Source: a virus. From it: DNA of 64,000 bases. Of the stretch, positions 48,747 to 58,509 are shown piece after piece. How positions within the stretch are numbered: position 1 is the stretch's first letter; each line of letters begins with the position of its first letter. The stretch spans positions 16,948 through 80,947 of the IMG/VR virus record IMGVR_UViG_3300045988_107608; one strand, given 5' to 3'. The notes under the pieces are model-generated. The model was not told the DNA's origin. It made no database searches and saw nothing but the letters and a program-made list of their open reading frames with translations. Both the position numbers and the translations under genes were made by a program.

Positions 48747-49409
48747 TTAGTCCCATCCTCCAGTAGTGTACAAAGATACATCTTCCTCCTCTACATTTAC
48801 ACCTTTAAGAGCCTGTAGAAGTTTTTTCTTTGTCTCCCTACACATATTGTAACCATATCCCTTATACCGATATGAGCGCTCCCATGTGCTTACCGGGAAA
48901 GGAATATTTTCGTCAATTACCAGCCTCTTCATGTGAAGATGTTCGAAGAATTTCTCATGATAGAGTAGTTTGTACTCGTATGCTACTATACTTGCAGATG
49001 AGAATGGAAAATAATCATCTTCCTTTTCTTCGTATTTAGGCTCCTTATAGTAAGCCATTTTTGCTACAGTAAAGTCGAAGCTCCTGAGAATCTCTTCTGG
49101 CTTTCCAAACTCTGATTCTATGAACTCTATCCATACCTTTTCTCCCTCTTTCTGGAACGCACATACCTTCTCATTTCTGTACTTAAATTTCCATCCTTCT
49201 TTCTGATGTTTTTCATCATTGAACAAATCAACAGCTTCCTGAAAATCGCTTTCGCTTTCAAAGAAAATATCAATGTCTTTTACTTTTTCTCCGGAAAGAA
49301 TATTCTTAAAACATCCACCAGCGATGAACCCTTTGTGACCTTCCATATACTTGTCAAGCCATCTTATTTGCCAGAAATTATCTGGAGTATCTATTATAAA
49401 ATTGTTCAT
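48747..49409 (-). CDS. Pol-beta-superfamily nucleotidyltransferase (minimal NTase)
   Basis: IAGGCFKNILSGEKVKDIDIFF fits the hG[GS]x9-13Dh[DE]h NTase signature. 220 aa. Confidence 0.5.
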   Translation of the reverse strand: MNNFIIDTPDNFWQIRWLDKYMEGHKGFIAGGCFKNILSGEKVKDIDIFFESESDFQEAVDLFNDEKHQKEGWKFKYRNEKVCAFQKEGEKVWIEFIESEFGKPEEILRSFDFTVAKMAYYKEPKYEEKEDDYFPFSSASIVAYEYKLLYHEKFFEHLHMKRLVIDENIPFPVSTWERSYRYKGYGYNMCRETKKKLLQALKGVNVEEEDVSLYTTGGWD

Positions 49410-49427
49410 ATCGTTTATATTTTACTA

Positions 49428-49682
49428 TTACCAAGCGAGATAAAAATTCCGCTTTACAATAATACAGTGAGTGTAATTGCTCAGGTCGATTCCGTTGTCC
49501 GTAAATGTATCCAGGACTCGTTTTTCCACGTATTTGAGTTTTACCATTATCCCCTTCTTAAACACTTCTATTAACTTCTCATTGCACTCAATAGGTCCAA
49601 TAAGACAGTATCTATTCGAAGGACTGTCTGATATACAATATGTCTGACATCCTAACATGTTGCTTAAAATTACTTCGTTCAT
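49428..49682 (-). CDS. hypothetical protein
   Basis: 84-aa ORF. Confidence 0.35.
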   Translation of the reverse strand: MNEVILSNMLGCQTYCISDSPSNRYCLIGPIECNEKLIEVFKKGIMVKLKYVEKRVLDTFTDNGIDLSNYTHCIIVKRNFYLAW

Positions 49683-49689
49683 AATTTCT

Positions 49690-50166
49690 CTATGATTCTA
49701 ATATGGTGTCTACAAACTCCGTTATTTTATCAACGGATTCTTTTGATAAGGTATATCTTCTCCAATCCCATCTAAAATGCGCTTTTGGGAGATTTTTAGT
49801 AGAATATTTTTCATTTCCGTCCTTGTTAGTCCATTCGTAATTATCCTCTGGATCCGCCACTTTTATCCCCGATTTAGGTCCGTTACGAAAGCTATATAGC
49901 ATTCTTATAACCGATTCAAAATCCGAACCTATATCAAATAGCATATGATACACCTTGTTTATTAAAGCCCTATCAGCTTGTTCCAAGTCTTCACCAAACA
50001 ACTCTCTTACACTCCAATTTTTCATTTCTGAATAACGAATGAAATTAAGTTTCCCTTTTTCTATATTAGGATTTTTTCTTGATAATACAAGCTCCAAATC
50101 TTTCACAAATGATTCTTTTAGCTTCTGTTGTCCTAACAAGGCGGTGTATTTACTTACTATATCCAT
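49690..50166 (-). CDS. hypothetical protein
   Basis: 158-aa ORF. Confidence 0.4.
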   Translation of the reverse strand: MDIVSKYTALLGQQKLKESFVKDLELVLSRKNPNIEKGKLNFIRYSEMKNWSVRELFGEDLEQADRALINKVYHMLFDIGSDFESVIRMLYSFRNGPKSGIKVADPEDNYEWTNKDGNEKYSTKNLPKAHFRWDWRRYTLSKESVDKITEFVDTILES

Positions 50167-50465
50167 TATCCAAAGTTTTTTAATATTGCTCCAAACGAAT
50201 CATATTTAACCCCTAATATATCATGTGCCTTTTGGGATCCACATTCACATTTTCCTACCTTCTGTCCTGATCCACACCCGCATAAGCCTATTCCCCAATG
50301 GTTGACACAGTGGTCGCAGCAGTAGGACTGGTGAAGCCATGTGGCATCACCAGTATCCAAATCCAATTTTTCAAATGTTTCCCAAAACATGCTATTCGAA
50401 GCACTATTATCAAATCTGATAGTGACTGCACCGCATTTACATTTTTGTATGTATTCTATTTTCAT
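50166..50465 (-). CDS. Cys-rich small protein
   Basis: CKCG...CCDHC...CGCGSG...CEC. Confidence 0.4.
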   Translation of the reverse strand: MKIEYIQKCKCGAVTIRFDNSASNSMFWETFEKLDLDTGDATWLHQSYCCDHCVNHWGIGLCGCGSGQKVGKCECGSQKAHDILGVKYDSFGAILKNFG

Positions 50466-50525
50466 ATATGTTCCATTTTCAAAATATCTGGGGACAGATA
50501 TTCTTGCAACTCCAATTTGCGTACA

Positions 50526-51257
50526 TTAAAGCGCCTCATCAGTTCCTAAAAGATGCTCGTTACCCTCAAAATGAATACAATAATCCCATAATGTTCCATT
50601 AGAACATTCGTACTTATAAGGCAATCTATTATAATCGTCCACAATTTCCCTTGCAAACAAACTGATATTCCATTTTTTATTTCCTTCTTTTCTTACCAGC
50701 ACTTTGTCAAACGGCTTAAACTCATATTTCGGCTCTTCTTTAATCCCGAAGAAGCGTTTCAGATACTCTTTAGCTTTAGGTTCTTTGCTTGCCTTTAATG
50801 CGTCAACCAACTTTTGTCTTTCGGACTCAGTGGCAAATCTGTATTTTTCTATCTGATTTTCCCAAGCAGATAAACCATCTTCTATTTTAAGAATACCTTT
50901 TTGATTTAAAGAGGCATAAAAAGACGTTAAATATTTCCCATGTGTATTTAAAATAAAGATATAGCTACCATCTTTATTACTTAACACCTCTCCATCTTTA
51001 AATGTAATATATTCTGGAACTTCAAGAAGGAGTCGATTTGCGCTGCTAAGTGCTTTTCCTGTAGCAGAAAACCAGTCTGCCGATACAGAAATCGAATGAA
51101 TTACAACCAATAACGGACAATTTGACGAATTGTCTTCATATACGATTTCTGCTCTATTTTGTCCTTTCTCTGTCACAATACGACCTGCTATTTCCCCTAT
51201 GTTTATTTTTTTCGCCGTTTCTAAATCAAACGGAATTGTTGCTGTTCTCTGTTCCAT
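50526..51257 (-). CDS. hypothetical protein, tandem paralog A
   Basis: Shares KPFDKVLVRKEGNKKWNISLFARE and ...NEHLLGTDEAL with the next gene. Confidence 0.45.
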   Translation of the reverse strand: MEQRTATIPFDLETAKKINIGEIAGRIVTEKGQNRAEIVYEDNSSNCPLLVVIHSISVSADWFSATGKALSSANRLLLEVPEYITFKDGEVLSNKDGSYIFILNTHGKYLTSFYASLNQKGILKIEDGLSAWENQIEKYRFATESERQKLVDALKASKEPKAKEYLKRFFGIKEEPKYEFKPFDKVLVRKEGNKKWNISLFAREIVDDYNRLPYKYECSNGTLWDYCIHFEGNEHLLGTDEAL

Positions 51258-51261
51258 GATC

Positions 51262-52056
51262 TTATTTGCTTTTATTAGTTCCTAAAAGATGCTCATTTCC
51301 TTGGTATGGGATACACTCTTTGTATCTCAAACCTCCCAAGCATTCATATTTATATTCTTCTTCTCTTACTCTGGCAAATAAGTGTAGATTCCAATTTCCC
51401 AAATTGCTCGCTCTCACCAAGACTTGATCGAATGGCTTAAAATCGTATTTCTTTTGTCCGTCAAGTAAATATTCGTACTTACTTAGATATTGTTTTATTA
51501 TTCCTGCTTTTTTAAGGTTTTCTGTATTAGCAATTCTTTCAGCAAAAGATTTTTTCTCTTCCTCTGTGGCTAATCTAACATACTTGGATTTATCCTCACC
51601 ACACACACTTGTCCATATTGGAACTTCTTCAGATGTAATCTCGCCATATGCCGATATACCATATATGCATCCCATATCTCCTTCTCTATTAATAATACCA
51701 TTATATATAAATGGGTTCCCAAGCGTGCTTATTAATACATCTCCTTTCTTAAAATACGCTCCAGCCTCTACTTCCAATTCCAGAACGTTGTTGAAAAAAG
51801 TACGACCTTCTGTATCGGCATATATAGCACTTATCCCATATCCATCTTTTTTTACAAAAAGCAAATTATAAGGACCTGCACAGTCTTTCGACTCATATAC
51901 AAATTCTATTTCAATATTATCAATTAATACCGAACCTTCTATTTCTCCGCTTTTAATTTTTCTCGCCGTATTTAAATCAAACGGAACAATAATTGCATTT
52001 TCCATATTTTTCTTGTTTTTAGTTGTTATAAAATAAGATGGGTTACTTACGCCCAT
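51262..52056 (-). CDS. hypothetical protein, tandem paralog B
   Basis: KPFDQVLVRASNLGNWNLHLFARV and ...NEHLLGTNKSK. Confidence 0.45.
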   Translation of the reverse strand: MGVSNPSYFITTKNKKNMENAIIVPFDLNTARKIKSGEIEGSVLIDNIEIEFVYESKDCAGPYNLLFVKKDGYGISAIYADTEGRTFFNNVLELEVEAGAYFKKGDVLISTLGNPFIYNGIINREGDMGCIYGISAYGEITSEEVPIWTSVCGEDKSKYVRLATEEEKKSFAERIANTENLKKAGIIKQYLSKYEYLLDGQKKYDFKPFDQVLVRASNLGNWNLHLFARVREEEYKYECLGGLRYKECIPYQGNEHLLGTNKSK

Positions 52057-53108
52057 CCCAGTTGTTTTGCAATGCTTTCCATCTCGCTATATGCAATCCG
52101 GTGGCATCCGGCTGTTAGTATATCGTTTTCATAACGATTGAACGCCCATCTGTGACCGGTTACATCCAATGCCAAATCGTGCTGGAACTTACCGCCATTA
52201 TGGAAGACCTTAATCAATCTCCAAAGTCTTTCAGCTTCAGTTAGTTCTACTTTGATGCCCTTACTGGTTTCGATTTTTCCATTCTTAATACGCAACCATA
52301 CGTTCGGCTGATCATTCTCAGACCAACAATAATAACTCAACTGGGAAATCTCGCCAGACTTCCACATTTGTATCCGTTCTTCCAATTCTTTGTTATAGGC
52401 CTCTTTCTCTTTCCTTGCCTCTTCAAGGGCTATCGCCTCTCTCTTTTCATAACCTTCTGCCCATCTTTGGCATCTGATCGTATATTTAGCCCATGTTCCT
52501 TCACCACAAACTTCATCCACAACCACATTAACGGTTCCAAGGACTTCCAGTGCTTGATGATTCAACAAGATCTGGAAAACACGTTTCAATTCACGGACAT
52601 GTTCACGTTTAATCTTATCTGATTTCCGTGATAATTCATGGTTAGTTCCAAGCCATTCGTTTGCGCTCTTTTTAAGAAGACGCTGGGGAGTCCCCATATC
52701 GAAGAACTCAATATAACCCATCAGATTTTTAAAAGCTCCCCAAACATTCTGATAAGGCAATTCAGTTCTGGCAAATTTGTATTTTTCAATAGCATCTTTA
52801 ATGGATTCCAACCTACTGGTAACAAAGGCCATGTTACCGGTATTTGACATATTATATCCAACAGAGAACACCTTTGAGCCAGTTGGTATTGCGTCACGAA
52901 CACAACATTGATGTTTGCTTGTGGAAGAGGAACGATATATGTCATTAATCAAATACGCCTTTTCTCCACGCTTGTTTCGCACGATTCTTCCAACCTCAAA
53001 ATGACTTCCATAGGAATAAATACTTTCACCTTCAAAATAGAAGTTACTGCCATTTGCTGATTCTTGCTTTTCGTTTGCCCACAAGTGAGCGACCATTGAA
53101 TTGTTCAT
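52047..53108 (-). CDS. hypothetical protein
   Basis: 353-aa ORF. Confidence 0.45.
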   Translation of the reverse strand: MNNSMVAHLWANEKQESANGSNFYFEGESIYSYGSHFEVGRIVRNKRGEKAYLINDIYRSSSTSKHQCCVRDAIPTGSKVFSVGYNMSNTGNMAFVTSRLESIKDAIEKYKFARTELPYQNVWGAFKNLMGYIEFFDMGTPQRLLKKSANEWLGTNHELSRKSDKIKREHVRELKRVFQILLNHQALEVLGTVNVVVDEVCGEGTWAKYTIRCQRWAEGYEKREAIALEEARKEKEAYNKELEERIQMWKSGEISQLSYYCWSENDQPNVWLRIKNGKIETSKGIKVELTEAERLWRLIKVFHNGGKFQHDLALDVTGHRWAFNRYENDILTAGCHRIAYSEMESIAKQLGWA

Positions 53109-53287
53109 ATAAATATCCTTTTAATTGTTTAACTTACCTTTATCATATGGCATTCTCTTTTCGTATTTTTCAATACGTTCTGTTATCATATCGCAGAAGA
53201 CTTGCCCATCTTTTATACATTAACCGCAAAAGGCGAGTAGAAACCATTTTTTTGATTCTCCTCCAGTGATGGGATTATTATCTTCAT

Positions 53288-53695
53288 CTAACCCACCCCA
53301 TACCTCAAAATGATAAGTCTGCAATGACAATCTTCAAATACCGGAACCATACCCTGTCCCCTGAAATAAGCAGTAGCTAACTTAAAAGCGTACAAGGGAT
53401 TCACTTTCTCGATTTCCTGCGATGATTTTTGGAAAGATAACGGCTGACATACATAGAAATTTTCATTGCCAAGACTCCCAAAAAGCCAATCCATACTGCC
53501 TTCATTACAATTAGTGCCACCCAGTATTATTAAATCACATCCGGTCTTCCGGGTTCCAAGAATAAATATCTTATTCCTGTTTTCCGGTTGCATAAATATC
53601 TCCCTGTCAATCCTAAACCAGTCATTCTGGCAACTCTCCACATCCCGGCGAACAATTTCGTCAATTTCAAGTGCGTATTCTTCTTGTGTTTTCAT
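53288..53695 (-). CDS. hypothetical protein
   Basis: 135-aa ORF. Confidence 0.35.
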   Translation of the reverse strand: MKTQEEYALEIDEIVRRDVESCQNDWFRIDREIFMQPENRNKIFILGTRKTGCDLIILGGTNCNEGSMDWLFGSLGNENFYVCQPLSFQKSSQEIEKVNPLYAFKLATAYFRGQGMVPVFEDCHCRLIILRYGVG

Positions 53696-53703
53696 AAAAT
53701 ATG

Positions 53704-54222
53704 TTATAAAAAATGATAAATGAATATTCCTCTTATTTTAATGACGGTTCCAGGCTTTAAACCTTGAACCCATTCTATTAGTGTTATTGGATCTTTTACA
53801 ACATATCCCGGATATGAATCAATGCAAATACGATACGCGTATCTGCAAATCCCATATTTTATTACATAAATAAGATTATGCCCATTCATATCTTTGTTAA
53901 CATTCATTTTATCTACCCCATTTTGTATAGCACGCATCCATTCCTCTTTTACATCTTCTATATTACCATTATATATAATTTCATCATCAACTTCCCCCTT
54001 TTCAAATATTTTACCAAGACAAGGGTCATTTAATAAATCCTTGATCTCACTCTTTCTGTCACATTCTCGTATTTCTTTCGTGTAATCTATAGATGTGTTA
54101 TTATAGGAGATTTCCCCATCCATGTATCTCCCTGTATATTTCGACTTTTCTTCTAATTCAAATATTATTCCATTCATAAAGCATTTTTTAAATGTAGTTA
54201 TATAACTTCTGAATAAAATCAC
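53704..54222 (-). CDS. hypothetical protein
   Basis: 172-aa ORF. Confidence 0.4.
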   Translation of the reverse strand: MILFRSYITTFKKCFMNGIIFELEEKSKYTGRYMDGEISYNNTSIDYTKEIRECDRKSEIKDLLNDPCLGKIFEKGEVDDEIIYNGNIEDVKEEWMRAIQNGVDKMNVNKDMNGHNLIYVIKYGICRYAYRICIDSYPGYVVKDPITLIEWVQGLKPGTVIKIRGIFIYHFL

Positions 54223-54553
54223 TCATGGTATTGGCATGTTCTCTAAGATCATACCAGTCCATTTCTTCAATATCCCAAGGTCTATTCTCCTTTATATGTG
54301 GATAGAATACGTTTGTGTCCCCTATCTCCAAATTAATCAACTCATCTATTATCGATTCCGGTTTGCCAACAATGAAATACCAATGCGTCGAAATCTCTTC
54401 TTTATCAAATTCTTCCCATTCATTATTCCAAAACTCTTTTGATGTCATGGATGGGCACTCACTCATTAACTTCTCCCAAGCCTTCTTATCTTTGTTTCTA
54501 GACCAATAGACTTCTCTGTTTTGCTCTGTAATAGGAATTTTTATTATTTTCAT
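54188..54553 (-). CDS. hypothetical protein
   Basis: 121-aa ORF. Confidence 0.35.
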   Translation of the reverse strand: MKIIKIPITEQNREVYWSRNKDKKAWEKLMSECPSMTSKEFWNNEWEEFDKEEISTHWYFIVGKPESIIDELINLEIGDTNVFYPHIKENRPWDIEEMDWYDLREHANTMSDFIQKLYNYI

Positions 54554-54566
54554 ATCTGTATAGGTT

Positions 54567-54980
54567 TTAAAAGAAACTCCAACAAAATGTTACGATAAAT
54601 CCTCCCACTCCGTATTCAGCAAGTTGCTTAAACGATTCTATCCCATTGCAATAACAAAAAACATCATCATTGTCATCATCGTTGATGCTCAATGATAGTT
54701 TTATTGTCTTTCTTTGTTCATCTCCTGTCTCTTTCCGTACAATCTGACATTCTACGTATTCAGGCTCCTTCCCTGTTCTTTCTACAAATTCATGAAATCT
54801 TAAATCAATTTCATGTTTGACTTCTTCAATGTTGGATATTATCACCTCGTTTTCACAATTCGAGCAAATAGCATGCATGAAAGATCCATCAAAATAATCT
54901 ATTATTTTTCCGGTATTCGGATTTACTATGGCTTCACAGGCAACATTTGTTCCACCACATCTTGTACATATATATCCCAT
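54567..54980 (-). CDS. Cys-rich protein
   Basis: CTRCGG...CSNC. Confidence 0.4.
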   Translation of the reverse strand: MGYICTRCGGTNVACEAIVNPNTGKIIDYFDGSFMHAICSNCENEVIISNIEEVKHEIDLRFHEFVERTGKEPEYVECQIVRKETGDEQRKTIKLSLSINDDDNDDVFCYCNGIESFKQLAEYGVGGFIVTFCWSFF

Positions 54981-55124
54981 AATTATCTGTTTTTAAAATG
55001 TTCAACAATTTCATCTACTGTAGCATTACGCCACGCAGAGCAGGCCGCGTCTCCTCTGAACCGGAACTCTTCGCGCTTTACCCACCTGTCTCCTGCGGCG
55101 TCCGTCACTATCAGCCATTACAAC

Positions 55125-55934
55125 CTATTCTTCTAAGCCATTCTCTATCATGACTTCCTTTATCAATTCATCTGTCTCCTCGTAACATCCCCAGCAAGAA
55201 TCAACCTCTTCCCATTCTTCGCAATCTTCATCCTCTCTTGATTCGTCTTTGTATTTCTTGGTAAATGCTACCTTCTTTTCAAGAACGTACCCTTTTACAT
55301 CTCCCCACATCCACATACCTATGGACTTTACTTCATTATCTATAATTTTGGCACAATCTTCTTTCCAGTCTCCTTCTTTGTTGCAGACTTCATTATCATA
55401 TTTTTCTTTTGTAACGTATGCTATCCCTTTTATATAATCACCTTGATTATAACCCCTTGTCGACCACTCTATAGCTACCACATCTTTTCCATATTTGGAT
55501 ATGATATCTAACAGGTCTTCATCATCCAGATCCTCTATTAATTCTCCTCTGCAATCAAAGTCCTTCAAATCACCTGGTGAAAACTCTTGACCTATATATA
55601 GACTTGTCTTATGTTTCAACTCCCATACATTGCCACCTCTGTTGTATGTGAATGAGATCCCATTCGCTTCCCCTTTCTTTAAATATTTTACAATGTCTTT
55701 CTGTTCTATATGCTTCATTACAATAGCATCAATAACATCTCTAAGATCATGCTTGTTATCGTAGAAGAAAGTTTTCCAATTGCATTCATCATGTAATCGA
55801 TGTGTATCTGAGTATTCAAAAAAGAATGACCCAAACAAACCCCAATTAGTTATAGGACATTCTGAATCACGGCAATAATACACTTTAATGCGATAATCGC
55901 CTACTTCTTTTGTTGTAATAAGATCGTCTTCCAT
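55125..55934 (-). CDS. hypothetical protein
   Basis: 269-aa ORF. Confidence 0.45.
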   Translation of the reverse strand: MEDDLITTKEVGDYRIKVYYCRDSECPITNWGLFGSFFFEYSDTHRLHDECNWKTFFYDNKHDLRDVIDAIVMKHIEQKDIVKYLKKGEANGISFTYNRGGNVWELKHKTSLYIGQEFSPGDLKDFDCRGELIEDLDDEDLLDIISKYGKDVVAIEWSTRGYNQGDYIKGIAYVTKEKYDNEVCNKEGDWKEDCAKIIDNEVKSIGMWMWGDVKGYVLEKKVAFTKKYKDESREDEDCEEWEEVDSCWGCYEETDELIKEVMIENGLEE

Positions 55935-56120
55935 GTCTTTATATTTTAAATAGTTCTTAATTTTTCTTCGATAAATGCATCTATTTCATCATAGTATGAT
56001 CCATCAAAATCACAATTCCCATATTCCTCTGCAAACTCTTTAGCCCACCCTTGAATGATGTCAAATGCCTCTTCCCTGCTACATTCTTTTAATCCCGTTT
56101 GCTTTAGCTATGGGAGTATG

Positions 56121-56396
56121 TCAAAGAGTGAATACTATATATCTAACACCATAACTGTTATGTTTGTATGATACTAAGAAACCCTCATAACGAGCAAAAT
56201 CAATTGCTATCTGTTCATGTACCATACGAATCGTGTTACCGTTAGGCGATACATCGGTTTCTCGAATATGCTTGTCGCAAATAAAACTTGCATATCCATA
56301 CGCCTTAATTAGACGAGAGATTTTACTAATAAATTCGTCCTTACTAAATGGTGCTTCTTGCGCTATTTCCATACGCAATTTTTCTGCTGCTGTCAT
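56121..56396 (-). CDS. hypothetical protein (may continue by frameshift into a start-less ORF down to ~55936)
   Basis: 91-aa ORF followed in the +1 frame by a ~53-codon protein-like ORF lacking ATG/GTG/TTG. Confidence 0.35.
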   Translation of the reverse strand: MTAAEKLRMEIAQEAPFSKDEFISKISRLIKAYGYASFICDKHIRETDVSPNGNTIRMVHEQIAIDFARYEGFLVSYKHNSYGVRYIVFTL

Positions 56397-56587
56397 AATA
56401 TTAATTTATTATTCTACATCAATTATTCCATACTCTGCCACTTCCAACACATCCTGTACTATTTCCGGATAGTCAGTTGTATCTAACGAAGCATCTTGTA
56501 CGTATGCTTCTGCTAATTTCTTGGCTTCTTCAAACGATTCGGCTTGTATATATAAGTCAAGCGTCAATGAAAACGGGTATAACATAG

Positions 56588-56902
56588 CTAATCGGTTATT
56601 CTGTAATAATAATCAAGTTCTTCTCCCTTAAAGTTGCTCATGGCATACTCGTCAGCTTCTCGCCACAACCGGTCATACAATGCAGCCAGTTCACGATTGC
56701 TTTCATAATGCTGCCAGATTTTATGATTCAATACGAGCGTTAATTCCGTGAAGAACTTATAATCGTCTTTCCATTCATTGAACGCACGTCTGTAGGTATC
56801 TTTGACACCTACTATACCATACTTGTCGGCTATACTAAAATCTTCCCAAAAGGTAGTCAGTAGGTTATAGCCCACTTCTTTCATAAATTCTTTGAATGTC
56901 AT
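56588..56902 (-). CDS. hypothetical protein
   Basis: 104-aa ORF. Confidence 0.4.
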   Translation of the reverse strand: MTFKEFMKEVGYNLLTTFWEDFSIADKYGIVGVKDTYRRAFNEWKDDYKFFTELTLVLNHKIWQHYESNRELAALYDRLWREADEYAMSNFKGEELDYYYRITD

Positions 56903-57147
56903 AAACTATTATTTTAGGTATATAATTATCTTATCTTATCAATGACCTCTCTCTTGAACTCGTAATATTCATATATGCGACCTTTATAATCAGCCACCAT
57001 TTCTTAAAATTACTTCTGCTTCTTCTGCGCTGTTAAGTTTTAATTCGTTTCCCATTTTATGTATTGTTTTCGCCGTTCACTATCTGATTAATGTATGGCC
57101 CTGGCCACGAACAGCCAGGCTGGCCTCATGGCAGGACGGGCGCCTCC

Positions 57148-57336
57148 TTACCCTGGCTGCTCTGCCCACTCCCTGTATCCTACGTTAAAACCAATAGGAT
57201 CATACCTTTTGATCATAGTACCATAATTCTCTCTACCGCAATACCTGTTCTTTCCTCCAATGATCCATGCCTCATCGTCTCTATCTGGAGATATGGAGTT
57301 AAGAAACTTCTCATAATCTTTTCTACTCTTTCCCAT
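57148..57336 (-). CDS. hypothetical small protein
   Basis: 62-aa ORF overlapping the upstream gene end. Its C-terminus runs into a GC-rich palindromic island. Confidence 0.3.
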   Translation of the reverse strand: MGKSRKDYEKFLNSISPDRDDEAWIIGGKNRYCGRENYGTMIKRYDPIGFNVGYREWAEQPG

Positions 57337-57682
57337 CTTTGTCTTGATTTAAGCAATAGTTAATAAAATAAGCAACCTGTTCATTTTCCCCTGTATTATC
57401 AAAATCACCTAAAGTCATATCATCATAGTCCAGCAGAACCATACGAAAATCGTTTTTTTTGACATACACCTCCGTTAAAAACATAGGAATCCCAGCAATT
57501 TCTATTATCACCGGAAACTGATCATCAAAGTCAAACGCATTATTATCTTCTCCCCATTTTTTAAATTTTAGCTTTATACTTCCACCATTCTCCACTAATG
57601 CCTCTTTGATGTACTTTAATCTTTTTGCATTCAGATCAATCTCTGCTTTTTCTATTTCTTTGTACAATTCATTCAGATCCAT
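57323..57682 (-). CDS. hypothetical protein
   Basis: 119-aa ORF. Confidence 0.4.
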   Translation of the reverse strand: MDLNELYKEIEKAEIDLNAKRLKYIKEALVENGGSIKLKFKKWGEDNNAFDFDDQFPVIIEIAGIPMFLTEVYVKKNDFRMVLLDYDDMTLGDFDNTGENEQVAYFINYCLNQDKDGKE

Positions 57683-57769
57683 ATTCCACTATATTTATAT
57701 TGTCAAATTTTTCTTTTATAATATCCAAAGCACCGCACTCGTTTGTTACCATAACATACTTTCCCGGCT

Positions 57770-58021
57770 TCATTCCTTTATTCTCCTTATCTTTAAATTG
57801 TTATTCCCACAGTATTCCTTCAGCCAACTATCCGTTAGATAACGATTAACTCTATCGTATTTCTTTTTCGGACCCTTGCTCCAGAATTTCCATTCGTTTG
57901 TGATATTGTACCCATATTTATCAAACCAATAGATATAATACACTACGTTACCATATAAATCCACTCTTTTTCTTTCCTGTATGACTACCTCATAAGGTAT
58001 CTCCTTGTCTCTTTTTCCCAT
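57770..58021 (-). CDS. hypothetical protein
   Basis: 83-aa ORF. Confidence 0.35.
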   Translation of the reverse strand: MGKRDKEIPYEVVIQERKRVDLYGNVVYYIYWFDKYGYNITNEWKFWSKGPKKKYDRVNRYLTDSWLKEYCGNNNLKIRRIKE

Positions 58022-58098
58022 CTTTGTCCTCCTTCCTTGAATAAAAAAACGGCGCCTATCTTCGCAGACCAGTGCCGGTAACTAACTTACATGGAAAA

Positions 58099-58509
58099 CT
58101 ACTTAACCTCAACTAATTCTACAGAGCTGTAGAATTTAGTGAAGCTACCAACAAATTCTCTTATATTTTTATATTCTTCTGGTCGTTTTCTGTTACCATC
58201 TTTTATATAATTCACCCACAGTCTATCCTCTATGTTCTTAATCGCATTCTCTATCGTAAATTCGTCGCTGACGCTCATTAAACACGAAGACCCGGTTTTC
58301 TTATGTGGTTTATATATCCTTGAAAAAGACCACATTTTTATTCTATCATATATATATCCGTTGTTGGGATAAACGAATCCTATCCGGCTGTCACCTTCTT
58401 TAGCGTAAAACACACCTGGCTCCTTCCCGCCCTTTCTATATACTACAAATCCTTTTTCTTTTAGGATATTAACCACTTTATCTAATTTATTTTCTACGTT
58501 CATTTTCAT
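58099..58509 (-). CDS. hypothetical protein
   Basis: 136-aa ORF, followed downstream (minus strand) by a GC stem and T7 tract at ~58040-58080. Confidence 0.4.
   Translation of the reverse strand: MKMNVENKLDKVVNILKEKGFVVYRKGGKEPGVFYAKEGDSRIGFVYPNNGYIYDRIKMWSFSRIYKPHKKTGSSCLMSVSDEFTIENAIKNIEDRLWVNYIKDGNRKRPEEYKNIREFVGSFTKFYSSVELVEVK

Noticed and set aside
57091-57363. Plus-strand 90-aa ORF over the GC-rich island
   Set aside because: Pro/Gly/Trp-rich translation typical of a GC-rich non-coding or antisense artefact. It overlaps a better-placed minus-strand gene.
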